This document shows positions 44,251 to 55,569 of a stretch of DNA of 64,000 nt, piece after piece (within the stretch, counting starts at the first letter, position 1; every line of letters begins with the position of its first letter). The notes under the pieces were generated by a model that did not search any database, was not told where the DNA came from, and worked only from the letters and a program-made list of their open reading frames with translations. Origin of the DNA: Takakia lepidozioides (Eukaryota; Plantae; Bryophyta); contig CM060733.1 in NCBI GenBank assembly GCA_030704615.1, positions 19,530,001-19,594,000 of the forward strand, written 5' to 3'. Both the position numbers and the translations under genes were made by a program.

Positions 44251-47200
44251 TCAACCATGGATTGGCCTGCAACATGCCATCTTAGCGATCTTCCATTGCT
44301 GCCAGAGCTTCATTGATGTTTCCAATGCATCCGCAGACAAGGTGAAGACTGCATCCTTGCCTTTGACTCGATATGTCGCTGGAGGCATAACAAATTTGAT
44401 AGCCCTCACCAAATGCGAATACAGAAATGCCAAAGGCTGGTCAGATAGGAACTTGTAAGCCTTATCTCTTCTTCCACACAACTGGTAATATCTCCCTGCA
44501 ACCACATGCTCGCAAGGGTCAAAAGTACTTCCCCACCCATCTGTGAATGTCTCCATAACAACGTGAACCGACCTTTCACAACAGAGCAAATAGAAGTCCA
44601 CCCCTTCTGAGTTTCCAGCTTCAACATTGCAGGCAAAATTGTCCCCTGCATCCAAGCAGGAGGCCAAGTCCTCCCCATCTCCCCCAAACTCTTGTTCTTC
44701 ATCCCCTTCTTCTTCAATCTGCCTCCAGACAGCAGTTGTATTTGTAGGTTGCAGGGTTTGCAACTTCCATTTTTGTGCATGAGCAATACTGATGCAGTTG
44801 TCCCAATCAAGATCCAAACAATGCGGACAAAAACATGCTAAGTCTCGAACCATAAGTTTGGTTGGGTCTGACTTGTTCCTCCCAAGAATGGAATGTAAAG
44901 ACCGAGTTCGAGGTACGGTCTTGCAATCCCACTCTTGTGTACGGTCAACATCTTCTGTACCAACAAGCCAAAAATGTCTTTTCACTGCTGTTCTAATCTT
45001 AGAGTACGAAGAAGGAGGTCGGGTGGACAGGTTCTTGCGCAAAAAAACTACTGCCTCAGCAGCATTTTGCAGCTTCACACCATTTGAGTTTAACTGCTCT
45101 GCTCGTAAAGCCCTCTTGATCACAGCACCAGCCCCATCGTGCTCACCTTTCCCGTGCCCTGATCCAAAAAAGTTCCACCACATTGTGCAACCCCCTGTGA
45201 TGTGGGGGTACCTACTAACAAAATACCAAGGACGAGCACCTTTAAACTGAGCAGCACAACCGTCACTCCATACCCAATGCGATTCAGGTCTGAACCCTGC
45301 TTCAGCAAGGTAATTCCAATGAAACCGAAAGCAATGTTGTACGAACAGCGTGTCATGCTTGTTGTCATCAGAAATATAAAAGTGCATTTCTTTCAAAACC
45401 TTGGAATCGGGATCATTCACATCAGGGTGTGGATTCCACCGGTAGGTAATGTGCACCAATATAGTGATCTGGAAACTGTGCCAGTGCATCTCTTGCACTT
45501 CATTCTGAACCGTAAAAGTGTAGTTTTCAGCAAAGTCAACAACAGACAATATTGTATTCTCTGGCAAAGATTTCAAACTGGCTTTAAACTGAGCATCTTG
45601 CCATCGGGCTACAAAGTTATGACGAACAAAAGCCTGTAGCTTGGGTTTGAAGTACGACAAGAATTCAACAGAGGAAGTCGTTTGGTATTGGAGTTTCAAT
45701 CTCATTCTAGGGGCTCCATCTTTCTCCCCAACATTCTCTTTTGCATAGCATCTCCACTGCACTGTCAAATCACAACCATTTGCCTCCACGGGACAAATAG
45801 ATAACTTACTTGAGCCACACCTCAAGCACTCTCCCATGAGACAGTCTCGCCGATGCCATTCATCCAATTCCCCTTTGGGACAAACAATTTCTTGCCAAAG
45901 CCAAGTCACTCCTTTGTAGGGGTGCTTGTTCTCTTGACAACCAGCTTCACCATCTAATACTGGTCCACGTCGACAAATATTACAGTCACAAGTACATGAT
46001 GATGGAGAGTGGACACCCCTCTTGGCAGTCCGCATGTTGTTGAACCCATCCTTCAACTTCCGCATGATATTTGCAGCAACAAACATTACGATCCTTCAGG
46101 CGTTTGACAAAGAATGGCCTCAACAACTCAAACAATCGTTGACCCACTTTGACATTGGGATGGGCTGATTTGAAGCGAAGAAAGAAAGCAGTCTGCATTG
46201 CCACCACAACATGCACAAAGAGAATCCCATTTAGTGCATGCACTAAGAATACCTACTACTAGACCTAGACCAGTCCTAGACCTAGTCTTAGTCATAGTCC
46301 TTTCTCATCACATGTCAAATTGTACAAGTACTAATCAGTCCTAGTAGTCCTAGACCTAGTCCTTCTTAGTCACATATGAAGTAGTACATGTACTAATCAG
46401 TCCGAGTGTGAGTCCTTTCTAGTCACATATCAAGGAATGCATGTACTAACCAGTCCTAGTCCTAGTCCTAGTCATATACCAATGAATGCATGTCCTAATC
46501 AGTCCTAGTCCTACTTCTTTCTAGTCACATATCAAGGAATGCATGTCCAAATCGGTCCTAGTCCTAGTCATTGTCCTTTTCTAGTCACATTTCAAGGAGT
46601 GCATGTACTAATGGAGTACATGTACATCGACTTCTAGTCCCTCCAAATCAAATTACATGGATGCTATTTTGTCCTATCTAGTCATAATATAAGGAGTGCA
46701 TGCTAGTGAGTCGTACTTCTAGTCCATCCCAGGCCTGTTTACAATGAGTACCAGTCCATGAACAAGAGGGACATCTTCAAGACACTCCAATTCAGGACAT
46801 GAGCTGGACATAGTGTCCACAATTGAGTACAGTAATCTCAATCCACTGGTAGGTTTACAGGTGACGATGTACCTTGTCTAGGGAAAATGTACGAGGCAAC
46901 CCAAACAACACAATGACAGTTGACAAACTCCAACGTAGTCCAATACAGTTATGTACAGTAGTAAGTGTAGAAGGATTGTAAAGTACTGAGAGCCCACACA
47001 AACACTGTAAAGAGAGGGTTCGCTTACCTGAGTCTCAAGAAGATAGTGAGCAGGTTGTGTATCATAGACTTTCCTCGATACGCGCTGCCTCACGACATCT
47101 TTCTTGTTGGGTGACACTCGTGTCTCATTTACCCACCAAGCCAAAACGATCGCTCGGGTCGCATCTGGTACATGATCAGACCTTTTCTTTCTCCCACCCA

Positions 47201-48056
47201 AAGCCCACAAACCCTCACCTTCTGAATCAATGACTCTTCGTCGTACAATTGCACGACTAATATTGCTATGATGAATATTAAGAATACGAGCCGTTGCCCT
47301 CACAGCAGTGGTCTGGGTTCCACTAACAGACGCTGTTAAGAATGAGCGTTTACTCGCAAGCTTATCTAAAGACTGCACACCCTTAACAAGTTGCATGGAG
47401 CTCTGCTGGTTCTTCAACAGATCTGCATGCGCCTTGGCCTCCTTAGGCGGCAAGTAATAGGCAGGTAAGCTGAGTTTAATGAGATGGTGACCCAAAAGTA
47501 ACTCCATTACCTCTGTTTGTGAATGAAGTGTTGGGCATTCCCTCAATTGCTTGTAACATAAGTCGGCCATTTTCAAAGCTATTCTCCTCTTGTCTCGTTC
47601 TCCAAACCCCACCCTGGCATCTTCCACAGAACCTTGCCCAGACGTTGTAGTAGCCGCATTAATCTCTGCCTCTTTTTGGGCTTGAAGTCTCTCCCTATAC
47701 ATTCTTTTCTGGTCAGCGGCCCGGTCCTCCATCCATTTCGTGAACTGGAACTTTGCCCGGTCCTCCTCCCATTCATCCCCGGCCAAAGCCTCTCTCATTC
47801 TCATCTCCATATGGTGCTAGAATCTAAGGAACCCCTCATTCCCATGTCGGACATACAAAAGATTCAAACGCATTATGTCATTGTCCTTCAAATAATCCAG
47901 CACTACTTGCTTCACCACCTTCGCGGCCTCTGCGCTTGGATAGTCTTTTTTGTTGACCTGACTATCCCGTTCATGTGCATGTTTACGCTTTCTACCTTTA
48001 CGCCCACTTCCCGAGGAACCCCCTGACACTGCGTTCGAAGCAACGTTTCTGGACAT
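44251..48056 (-). pseudogene. Sola2-like DDD transposase, two exons (48056-47028 and 46192-about 44280), with one in-frame stop and frameshifts
   Basis: DFAENY, WSDGCAAQFK and GHGKGEHDG triad; VCCCKYH and C..CLMGECLRCG Cys clusters. A phase-0 GT-AG intron at 47027-46193 joins ETQ|TAFFLRFK. TAG at 47817-47819 is in frame. Superfamily assignment is from remembered motifs. Confidence 0.75.
46255..46750. repeat. CTAGTC(C)-rich tandem repeats inside the transposase intron
   Basis: Repeated agtcctagtc..ctagtcacat..gcatgtactaatc units. Confidence 0.8.
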
Positions 48057-48344
48057 GATGAAAGTACTCTGCGGAATAGACGCGGCTCCGTAACGGAAAA
48101 CTAAACCCAGACTATTGATAACCTTATATATTAGTAGACCAATTTCCTCACCCTCTATTGGTATAGTACCCAAAGCAAACTCTTCTGCAGTCCCAGGAGA
48201 AAAAGACAAAAACTCCTCCCCCACACAAATCCACTTTCTCCCCCCCCCACGCTCAGTCCTAGCCACCGAAGTTCAAACTCCAAGAAGCCCCAGAACCGCA
48301 CTCACAGAGAGAGAAAAAAGTGGGTTGGGAATGAGGGGTAGGCC

Positions 48345-48353
48345 CTTATATAC
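48345..48353 (-). promoter_or_regulatory. TATA box of the transposase gene
   Basis: gtatataag on the minus strand, followed by a CT-rich leader, about 290 bp upstream of ATG 48056. Confidence 0.5.
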
Positions 48354-48417
48354 TGCCTGGAGAGGCCTGGCATGCGACCGCCTCTGCTGCCCATTCACGC
48401 CTCGCCACGTGTCCAGG

Positions 48418-48905
48418 GAGCGGTCGCACCTATGGGTGGTCGCAGCTAATAACAAAACAAAAAAAGTGCTGCGACCCCTCCTTGCTGGTGGTCGCACCTT
48501 TTTAAAAACAAAACAAAAATGTACGACCCCCCATAAGCGGTCGCACCTAATAACAAAAAAGAAAAAGCCTGCGACCACCACCGGCTGGTGGTCGTACCCA
48601 TTTAAAAATAATTAAAAATGTGCGATCATCCCCTGCTGGTGGTCGCACCTATTTAAAAAAAAATGAAAAAGTTGTGACCACTACCTGCTGGTGGTTGCAC
48701 CCAATTTAAAAAAAAGAAAAAATGTGCGACCACCCTCTGTTTGTGGTCGCACCTATTAAAAAAAATAAAAATGCTGCGACCACCACCTGCTGGTGGTCGC
48801 ACCCATTTAAAAAATAAGAAAAATGTGCGACCACCCTCTTCTGGTGGTCGCACCTATTTTAAAAAAAAAATTTTGTTCGACCAACCTTTGATGACGATCG
48901 CATGA
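48418..48905. repeat. Subterminal array of about 9-10 palindromes (gtgcgaccacc-N5-7-ggtggtcgcac) spaced by A-tracts, period about 51 bp
   Basis: Units begin near 48470, 48521, 48570, 48620, 48673, 48724, 48775, 48825 and 48877. Confidence 0.9.
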
Positions 48906-49057
48906 TTGACAATATAAATCATAATATATGAATTTTATAGATAAAATAATGAAGTCCACGTAATGAGGCCACATCGGTTGCCACGTCGGTTCTCATAGTA
49001 AATAGTCAATAGTAAAGTAAAAAAATAAACATATTTATGTACAGTAACGTCGATTTA

Positions 49058-49162
49058 GGACGTGACGTGACGCACGTCCGTCGCTGACGTCGGACGCGAC
49101 GCTGGCGCGTCAACGCCACGTCACGTCCAAATTTGCAACTAGGTCTGCAATCCTAAGTGCTC
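49058..49162 (-). mobile_element. Probable terminus of the Sola-like element
   Basis: GC-rich hairpin (ggacgtgacgtg..cacgtcacgtcc), then ..cctaagtgCTC, i.e. 5'-GAG on the element strand, before an abrupt switch to AT-rich intron-like DNA. The matching other end was not found. Confidence 0.5.
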
Positions 49163-49334
49163 TTACCAGGCAGCCCTAAAGAACCAAGAAGAGCCACCAT
49201 AAAAAATAACTAAGCAGATCAAAGACTAAGCAGAATCAGAGCTTTACAGAAATAAAGAAGTTCTAAGAAATAATCTCTAATGTAAGAATTCTAAAATATG
49301 TCATGCCCATATTATACATAACTTACAAAGTTAC

Positions 49335-50333
49335 CGCTCATGTCTGTACCACAAGTGAAGTCTGAAATGCTTAATTTCGAAGCTCCGCACATCCACGAAT
49401 GCAAAAATTTCTGGTACAGAAATAGAAGAACCGCATGGCTGTCCCTTTGGCATCAAATGGCTGCATAATTGGTAAACCTAATAACTTTGCTTCTGTGGTA
49501 ACAGATAAAGATTTAGGTTGTCGCCTTTGTTTACCCAATCCCAATTTGGCAGCATTAATCATGGCTTCGTTACATGCTACTTGAGATTTTCGAAAACGAG
49601 GGTCTGTGGAGATGTTGAATTCCTCTTCCAAAACACCTGTGTTCACAATTCGTTTTTCTTGGTGCGCCCGGATGATCCTGTTGATTGATCTGAGCAAAGA
49701 TCCATACCTATACACACCAAAACATGCATTAACTGTGGATAAACTAGACCATTTATATAAAATCCCAGACAATTAATCCAGATTGGTCAAATGGATAATA
49801 AACAATGATATCTAAGAAAATTTCTGTAGCAACAAATCTGAGGACATAAACGTACACACATACTAAAACCGAACAAAAAGATCAACCAGATCAAACCTAT
49901 TACTAGGAGGTTCCAGCTTATGTCTCAGGAGGATACATATCACCATTTTTCTTCAAAACTTGACCAAAGAAGGTTGTGAGCATGTTATTCAGTAATGTCA
50001 TGTCACGATTTGAGATTTCCTCAATTGATTCTGTCAAAGACAACTTGTTGAGAACTCTCCAATCATTGAACTGGATCTTGCCCAATTCTCAGACTTCCAA
50101 CTTCTTCGTCGACCTCTATTCTCAACATTCTCAAGTTCTTCCTTGCTCACAGTACGGAATCCCTTAGAGAGATTTTCATCCAGTGGTATGTCACCGTCTG
50201 ATCCATTCAAGATGCTACCAGTGGATGGCAACATGTCCTCTGAAATATGCTCAGGGTTTGACTGGAAACTGTTAAGGTTTGGCTCAGAAGTAGTATCAAG
50301 ATATGGCTGATCATTATTAGACTTTAAGATCAT
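49335..50333 (-). pseudogene. Crypton/DUF3504-type tyrosine-recombinase gene fragment with introns (C-terminal catalytic part missing)
   Basis: FRTVSKEEL..NWA; LTTFFGQVLKKNGDMYPPET; SLLRSINRII..NISTDPRF..AKLGLG..TEAKLL..NFCIRGCAELRN, matching the CryptonA/ZMYM/QRICH1 pattern (F.LRG..E.R.L). Confidence 0.7.
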
Positions 50334-50749
50334 TGCAATTCAAGGCTTTATCACAATTTGAGTCAACGGGCAAAGCAATGTGCTCATTTTGATTTATCTC
50401 TGACATATCTGCAGAGACATCATTTTCTCTTTCAGAAGGACTCAAACCTAGAGAAAAAGATGGACAATGAAAGTTTGACATTCCACTTCTTGCAGGAACA
50501 TCTCTGGTTTCAGTGTTATGAAGCAGGATGAAAATCATTTTGCATGTAAAACTGCACACATTCAGTTCCACATAACCCCGTATGTTTCCATAATACCATA
50601 GGCAATCTGTCACATTAGAAAGATTTCAAATCTACTTTACAACTGTGAAGTAACTTGTGGAAAGACTTGCAGCCTTCCATCTATCTATAGAAGCCATTGA
50701 AATTTAGTGGAACATAACAACGCAGTCACAATAAGATGAGAATTACCTT

Positions 50750-51160
50750 CATGGAATATCTGAAATGATCTCAGTACAATGTTGCAAATGCAAAGAAACT
50801 ACATCTTGAAATGAAAGAACGACGAGTGAGTCTCGCTCCATTCCCTGCGAGCAGTGTAGCCTCAAACACATCATAAAGCAAAAACACAGAAATACACTTG
50901 AAAGGAAACAAAGACGACTGACTCTTGCCCCATTACTTGCAATTAGCTGCTACATGTACGATGAAATACCTGAAATGATCTGAGATGAAATACCTAAAAC
51001 GATATGATTACAGTGTTGCAAACTACATCTACGTGTCTCGCTCCATTTCCTGCGAGCAGTGTAGCCTTAGTCTAACCCATCATTGTACAAAAACACAGAA
51101 ATACACTTTGAAAAGAAACAGAGACAATTGCCCCATTGCCTGCAATTAACTACATGTAAC
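50750..51160. repeat. Diverged tandem duplication of about 200 bp
   Basis: gtctcgctccatt.cctgcgagcagtgtagcct..aaaacacagaaatacactt occurs twice. Confidence 0.8.
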
Positions 51161-51334
51161 CTGGTCCATCATGAATAGACAGAGATCACTATAGAACTCG
51201 AGCTTCTCGAGCTCGAGAAGCTTCTATACAAGACATTGCGGCGCGATAGGAGAGGTTAGGGATTGAAGATTGATGTTTGCCGAAAAATCGATCGCCGGAA
51301 AACTGATCGGGAAAATTGAACATTTCTACTACGC

Positions 51335-51439
51335 AGTGGAACTGGCGTGAGTTCGTCGGTTCCACCCAGTCACCTCCGTTCGCGCTCCCACGCTCACGGG
51401 GTTCTTGGGCGGAACCGGCTCACTCATGCCAGTTCCACT
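51335..51439. repeat. Hairpin with 34-bp arms upstream of the Crypton-like gene (candidate element end)
   Basis: agtggaactggcgtgagt..cggttccaccca pairs with tgggcggaaccgg..actcatgccagttccact. Confidence 0.7.
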
Positions 51440-51667
51440 ATACGTAATTGCGAATCCCGTGGAAATGGGCTCTCAAAATTTGTAGGACTCATGACTTGAA
51501 TTTCCAAAATTTCTAAGCTGGTGTAAAACAGGTGTAAAACTGTAATAATATCTAAAACTGTATGATCACTGGGTGAAGTCTTACATATAGGATGCACATA
51601 TTGTATAGCGGAGGAGAAATTCTCCTGACACTGATGAGTCATGTCCTTCCTCTTCATTCTCATGTTC

Positions 51668-51874
51668 GTAAAGCACTGCCACAAAATTTTCTTTGTGTTC
51701 ATCGTGCCGTGAAAGAAAAAGTATGACGCCTCCAAATCGTGCCGTTAAAAACCATAATTCGTCCGGGTGCATTCTGCATTTCGGAATGCACCCCATCAGC
51801 TCCCTCGAGTGCATTCCGAAATGCAGAATGCACCGGACATTAATTTTTTTTTAAATTTTGTGGCAGTTCTTTAC
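51668..51874. mobile_element. MITE-like fold-back element
   Basis: TIRs gtaaagcactgccacaaaattt / aaattttgtggcagttctttac plus an inner 30-bp inverted repeat. Absent from the paralogous flanks at about 8310 and 57640. Confidence 0.75.
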
Positions 51875-52603
51875 ACACGGTAATGCCCATCGTGTCGGGC
51901 ATTCCAGGATTTGCGGGCCTTCCCCTCTGGCTACCGCCCTCGGCGTCAGGCCCTTAAATCCGAGAATGCCCTCCACTACAGGGCATTACCCTATACGAAA
52001 CCCTAAAAAATACTGACTATTCTGCAGTAAGAGAAAGTCTAAAGCAATAGATTTCAGGCTCCAGCACTCCCATGCGCTTCATAGATTTGACCGGGGTCCA
52101 AAATGAAATGGTGCTTTATAACGTCCGCGGAAAGCTCATAGAGCTTATGGGACAAAATGGAAGAAAACATGAGAGAGGAAACAAAAGAAAGAAACAATCA
52201 GGCAGGTCGATGCCCTGGCCGGTGATAAGATTGCTTGCAAATATAAGGGAGTTTGGATCATGAATAACAGTTTGTACATACCTACACTGCAAAGCCTGAA
52301 CCTGTGTGGATCTTATGTACAAATTAAAATTTGACCTTCAAAGAAATAAAGTAATCACTTGCACCCTTCATGAGGGTACAGCTCATTATAGGTACAGGCA
52401 TCTCAGTTGCCAATGTTTGATATGGCAGAGAGGGGGATTGCAGCCCCATGATCAATCTATTAAACTTAAAACTGCTCAGCCTTTCAATGATCCTTAAAAT
52501 TGAATATGGACAAGTGCTTGATCAGCATCAATGTTTTGTAGAACTAAAAATCTCATAGCTTTAATTTAGATTGGCTTTCTGGCAACCTCGGATCCAGGGT
52601 TCA

Positions 52604-53224
52604 TTACAGCAGGTCTTTCCTAAAGCGGGACAGCACGGGGTAGATCTGCTCAAATGCCTTATAGATGTCCTTCTTATCCTTCGCACCAGCGATCACAATC
52701 TTGCCAGATGTAAAAGCGAGCACGACTAGCTTGGGCTCTTTCATTCTGTAGATCAATCCTGGAAACAATTCAGGTTCATAGGAGGCATCAGGCGGCTTTG
52801 GTCATACACCATCGTCTCCAATTTGATAGGGAACTTGACATCACACATGATGCAACCATATTCTGAATCTTGAAGTCCTTGAGGTGAACAGTGAAACCAA
52901 GCTTCTATACGATGCGCACGAACTTGGCGGCTGCCAGTCTCGCCAACGCCCTCACTCTTGCCACCCGTGCACACCATCTTCCCCGATGAAAATAGGAGGG
53001 CAGCTGTCTTGGGCTCTTTGATCCGCATCACCACAGCTTGAAACCGCTTGGGATTGTATTCGGCATTCCTAGCTTGCATCGCTATCTTCTTCAGGTCCGG
53101 CTTACAACCCATGCTCACTGTTACGACAACATTCTGAACCGTGGGGATCAGACCGGAGGGATGCACGGCGAAACTGCTCATTGCTACCTTCACCCATGAT
53201 CATCCGGTATTCAGAATCTGCCAT
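52604..53224 (-). pseudogene. TBP: TATA-binding-protein paralogue, frameshifted intronless copy
   Basis: Near-identical to 58387-59010, with an 8-bp deletion near 53170 and several further indels. Confidence 0.9.
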
Positions 53225-53724
53225 GTACGATCAGCTCTTTGAGAACTCTTGTATTTCCCTCAATGGACCAAATACGAGCACCAACAATAGCTCTCGTCTT
53301 TCCTAAGTAGACCAAACAACAGAATACCAGAGCCTTGCTCGATCTCGTCTCTGTGGGATATGTGCTACGGTATGTGCGCTCTAGTGTTGTGGCCGGATGT
53401 TTGATCCTGCCACTGGTTGATCAGCGGATTGAGGCCACTTGGCTACAGCCGGGAAAAAGTAAAAACATTAGCTAATTTTGGTATTTTTAGTCTGCATTTT
53501 AAGAGTGGCAGGTATCCAGATTTGGATGCCACGCGGCGCCCGGCTGTTCTCTGCCATTGCGCGAAATCGCTCTTCTCTCTTCTCATTTACGTCTGGCCCT
53601 GCCCTCTTCTTCTTTGTTCTGGAGCCTCTTCTTATTCTTGTTCTCTCTCATCCTCTCTGTCGACCTTGCCCTTATTCTCTTGCCAGTTCTCTCATCATTC
53701 CTGCCTTATATTTTTCTCGTGAAT

Positions 53725-54141
53725 ATGGTGAAGCGGGGCTATATGGCGATTTTCACCACGGTGACTGCAAGTGGATCCCTCCATGTCAAGATCTTGAAGG
53801 AGCCAAAGGTGAAGGAGGTGGCCGAGGATAATTTCTCCAAGAAGCGGTCCAAGTCTAATGAGCTGAAGCCATTGAAGAGGCAGGTGGAGGAAGTGATGGG
53901 CTTCAAGGCGAAGGGAAAGCCTAAGGAGGGTGTGTTGATGGCGATTCAAGAGAAAATGATGGCCAGCGCGTCGAAACTTCGGAAGAGCTACCAGCACCAA
54001 CTCGAACTCAAGCATGTCATCAAACTTCTGGATCTCGAGGACGTAGTGAAGAAGCAAGGAACTTGCCATGATGGGAAGAAAGTGCCATTAAAGGGGTCGA
54101 GAAGGCTCCAACGTACACATACAACTCATACACAGTATTGA
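53725..54141 (+). CDS. Hypothetical Lys/Glu-rich coiled-coil ORF (possibly TE-borne)
   Basis: 138-aa frame from ATG 53725 after a CT-rich leader; no recognisable domain. Confidence 0.3.
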   Translation: MVKRGYMAIFTTVTASGSLHVKILKEPKVKEVAEDNFSKKRSKSNELKPLKRQVEEVMGFKAKGKPKEGVLMAIQEKMMASASKLRKSYQHQLELKHVIKLLDLEDVVKKQGTCHDGKKVPLKGSRRLQRTHTTHTQY

Positions 54142-55569
54142 TCTGGTTTACATATAGTTTATGACCTTGGTGTAGATCTACTCTCTTATAATCTTTGACT
54201 TTTCAGGCCGACATGGCTCTGTACCATTGGTGAGGATGCTTAGTGGTTGTAGTCTGGATTTAAAGTTCACCAGTGGCCGCCTTTAGTTTCTCCACAACAA
54301 TATATCGCTGCTGGTAGGCAAGGATCCTATTGAATTCCTTAGAGTTTATTGGTTCGAAAGCTAAACTCTGATCTCCTTCTAGGGATGTTAATATTATGTA
54401 GTGGTCCAACTTAGCTCTGATCAGCTTCCCTCAGTTGGGGAAACTTGCAGGAGCTGTCTCAGACGCTACCTGTACAGCTTGGCATCCACCAGACCTGTTG
54501 TAGAATATTGCCGTCAATCGAGGGCAATCTGTTATGATGTAGAATTGAGATCCACAAAATTATAGGACAATTTCAAGACTATTCACTTGAGATTCAGTCC
54601 TCATCTCAAAGTGAATCCTTTATGAAAGAAACATGCAGGGTGCATATTCTGCCCTTCAGGCTCCGAAAAAACCCTCGATTTTTCTCCAAAGAATTGTAGC
54701 TGTGTCGAGGCATTTCCTCAAAAACTGGGGCTTTGACGTGAATAATGGGTTCCGTGTGTTGGAGCCGGAACCTCATAGATCTCTATATCTAGCTCTACGA
54801 GCTTTGGTTTTTTCGTCTTGGGGACAGTTACACCCATTTGTACAGTCACCCCCCTTGGGTCTTTTTATAAAGCTATGTAGGTTTTCTCTCACAGATCAGA
54901 TTGTCTGATCTGAATTTATTAGATGGTTTTAGGTTTTTAAAATGTGTTTCTTCCTCATTTTCTAGAGCTGTGCCTGCAGATAGCGCGGCCGCACGCTAGT
55001 CTGCAATGGATTTGTTGGAATGTTTTTCCCTGTAACCTATCCCTGGAGCTTGGTAACATGGAGGTGTTGTGATCTCATGTTGACACTCCCACCTTGGATC
55101 TTCACCAAAGGACCGTAAGCTCGCTGATCTACTTCTCGTGCAGGCCTGCGTTCCTGTTGGTGTGGACCCCCTTCCTCTCCCGTTATCTCTGCATGTTCAA
55201 TGTCCATGGCGGCACTCATAAGTCCATGGCAACTGTGCAGCTCAACGAAGTAACTGGAATTGTTGTCGGAACATTGTAAGAAACATTTTAAGATCCGGGG
55301 AATTTATGAGTAGTAGGTAATAGTGTGACAGGGAAATCAAAGCCTGAGCTATTCTGCAAGCATTTGGGAATATTTCGGTTGACAGTGTGAAATGTAAATG
55401 AATGAAAAATGAGGGTAGAATAGGGACGAATATATAGCTGAGAATTTGCTGAGAATTGGCGCCATGGGCCCAAATACATACCGAGTTTCCAATATAACAC
55501 CTTTTCCCAAACCTGCATAGCTTTATAAAAATAGCCAAGGGGGGCCAAGTGACTATACAAATGGGTTAA

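Larger units (their letters stand above)
51455..53497. repeat. Segmental direct duplicate of the TBP locus (57445-59375)
   Basis: 3' flank, CDS and 5' flank are colinear. Confidence 0.93.

Noticed and set aside
48418-48905. CRISPR-like array of palindromic repeats
   Set aside because: Spacers are near-identical A-tracts rather than unique sequences, the repeats are degenerate, there are no cas genes, and the context is a eukaryotic transposon end.
49058-49142. Helitron 3' end (hairpin plus CTAG)
   Set aside because: CTAG is followed by G rather than T, there is no Rep/Hel gene, and a ..CTC end 20 bp further fits the DDD transposase better.
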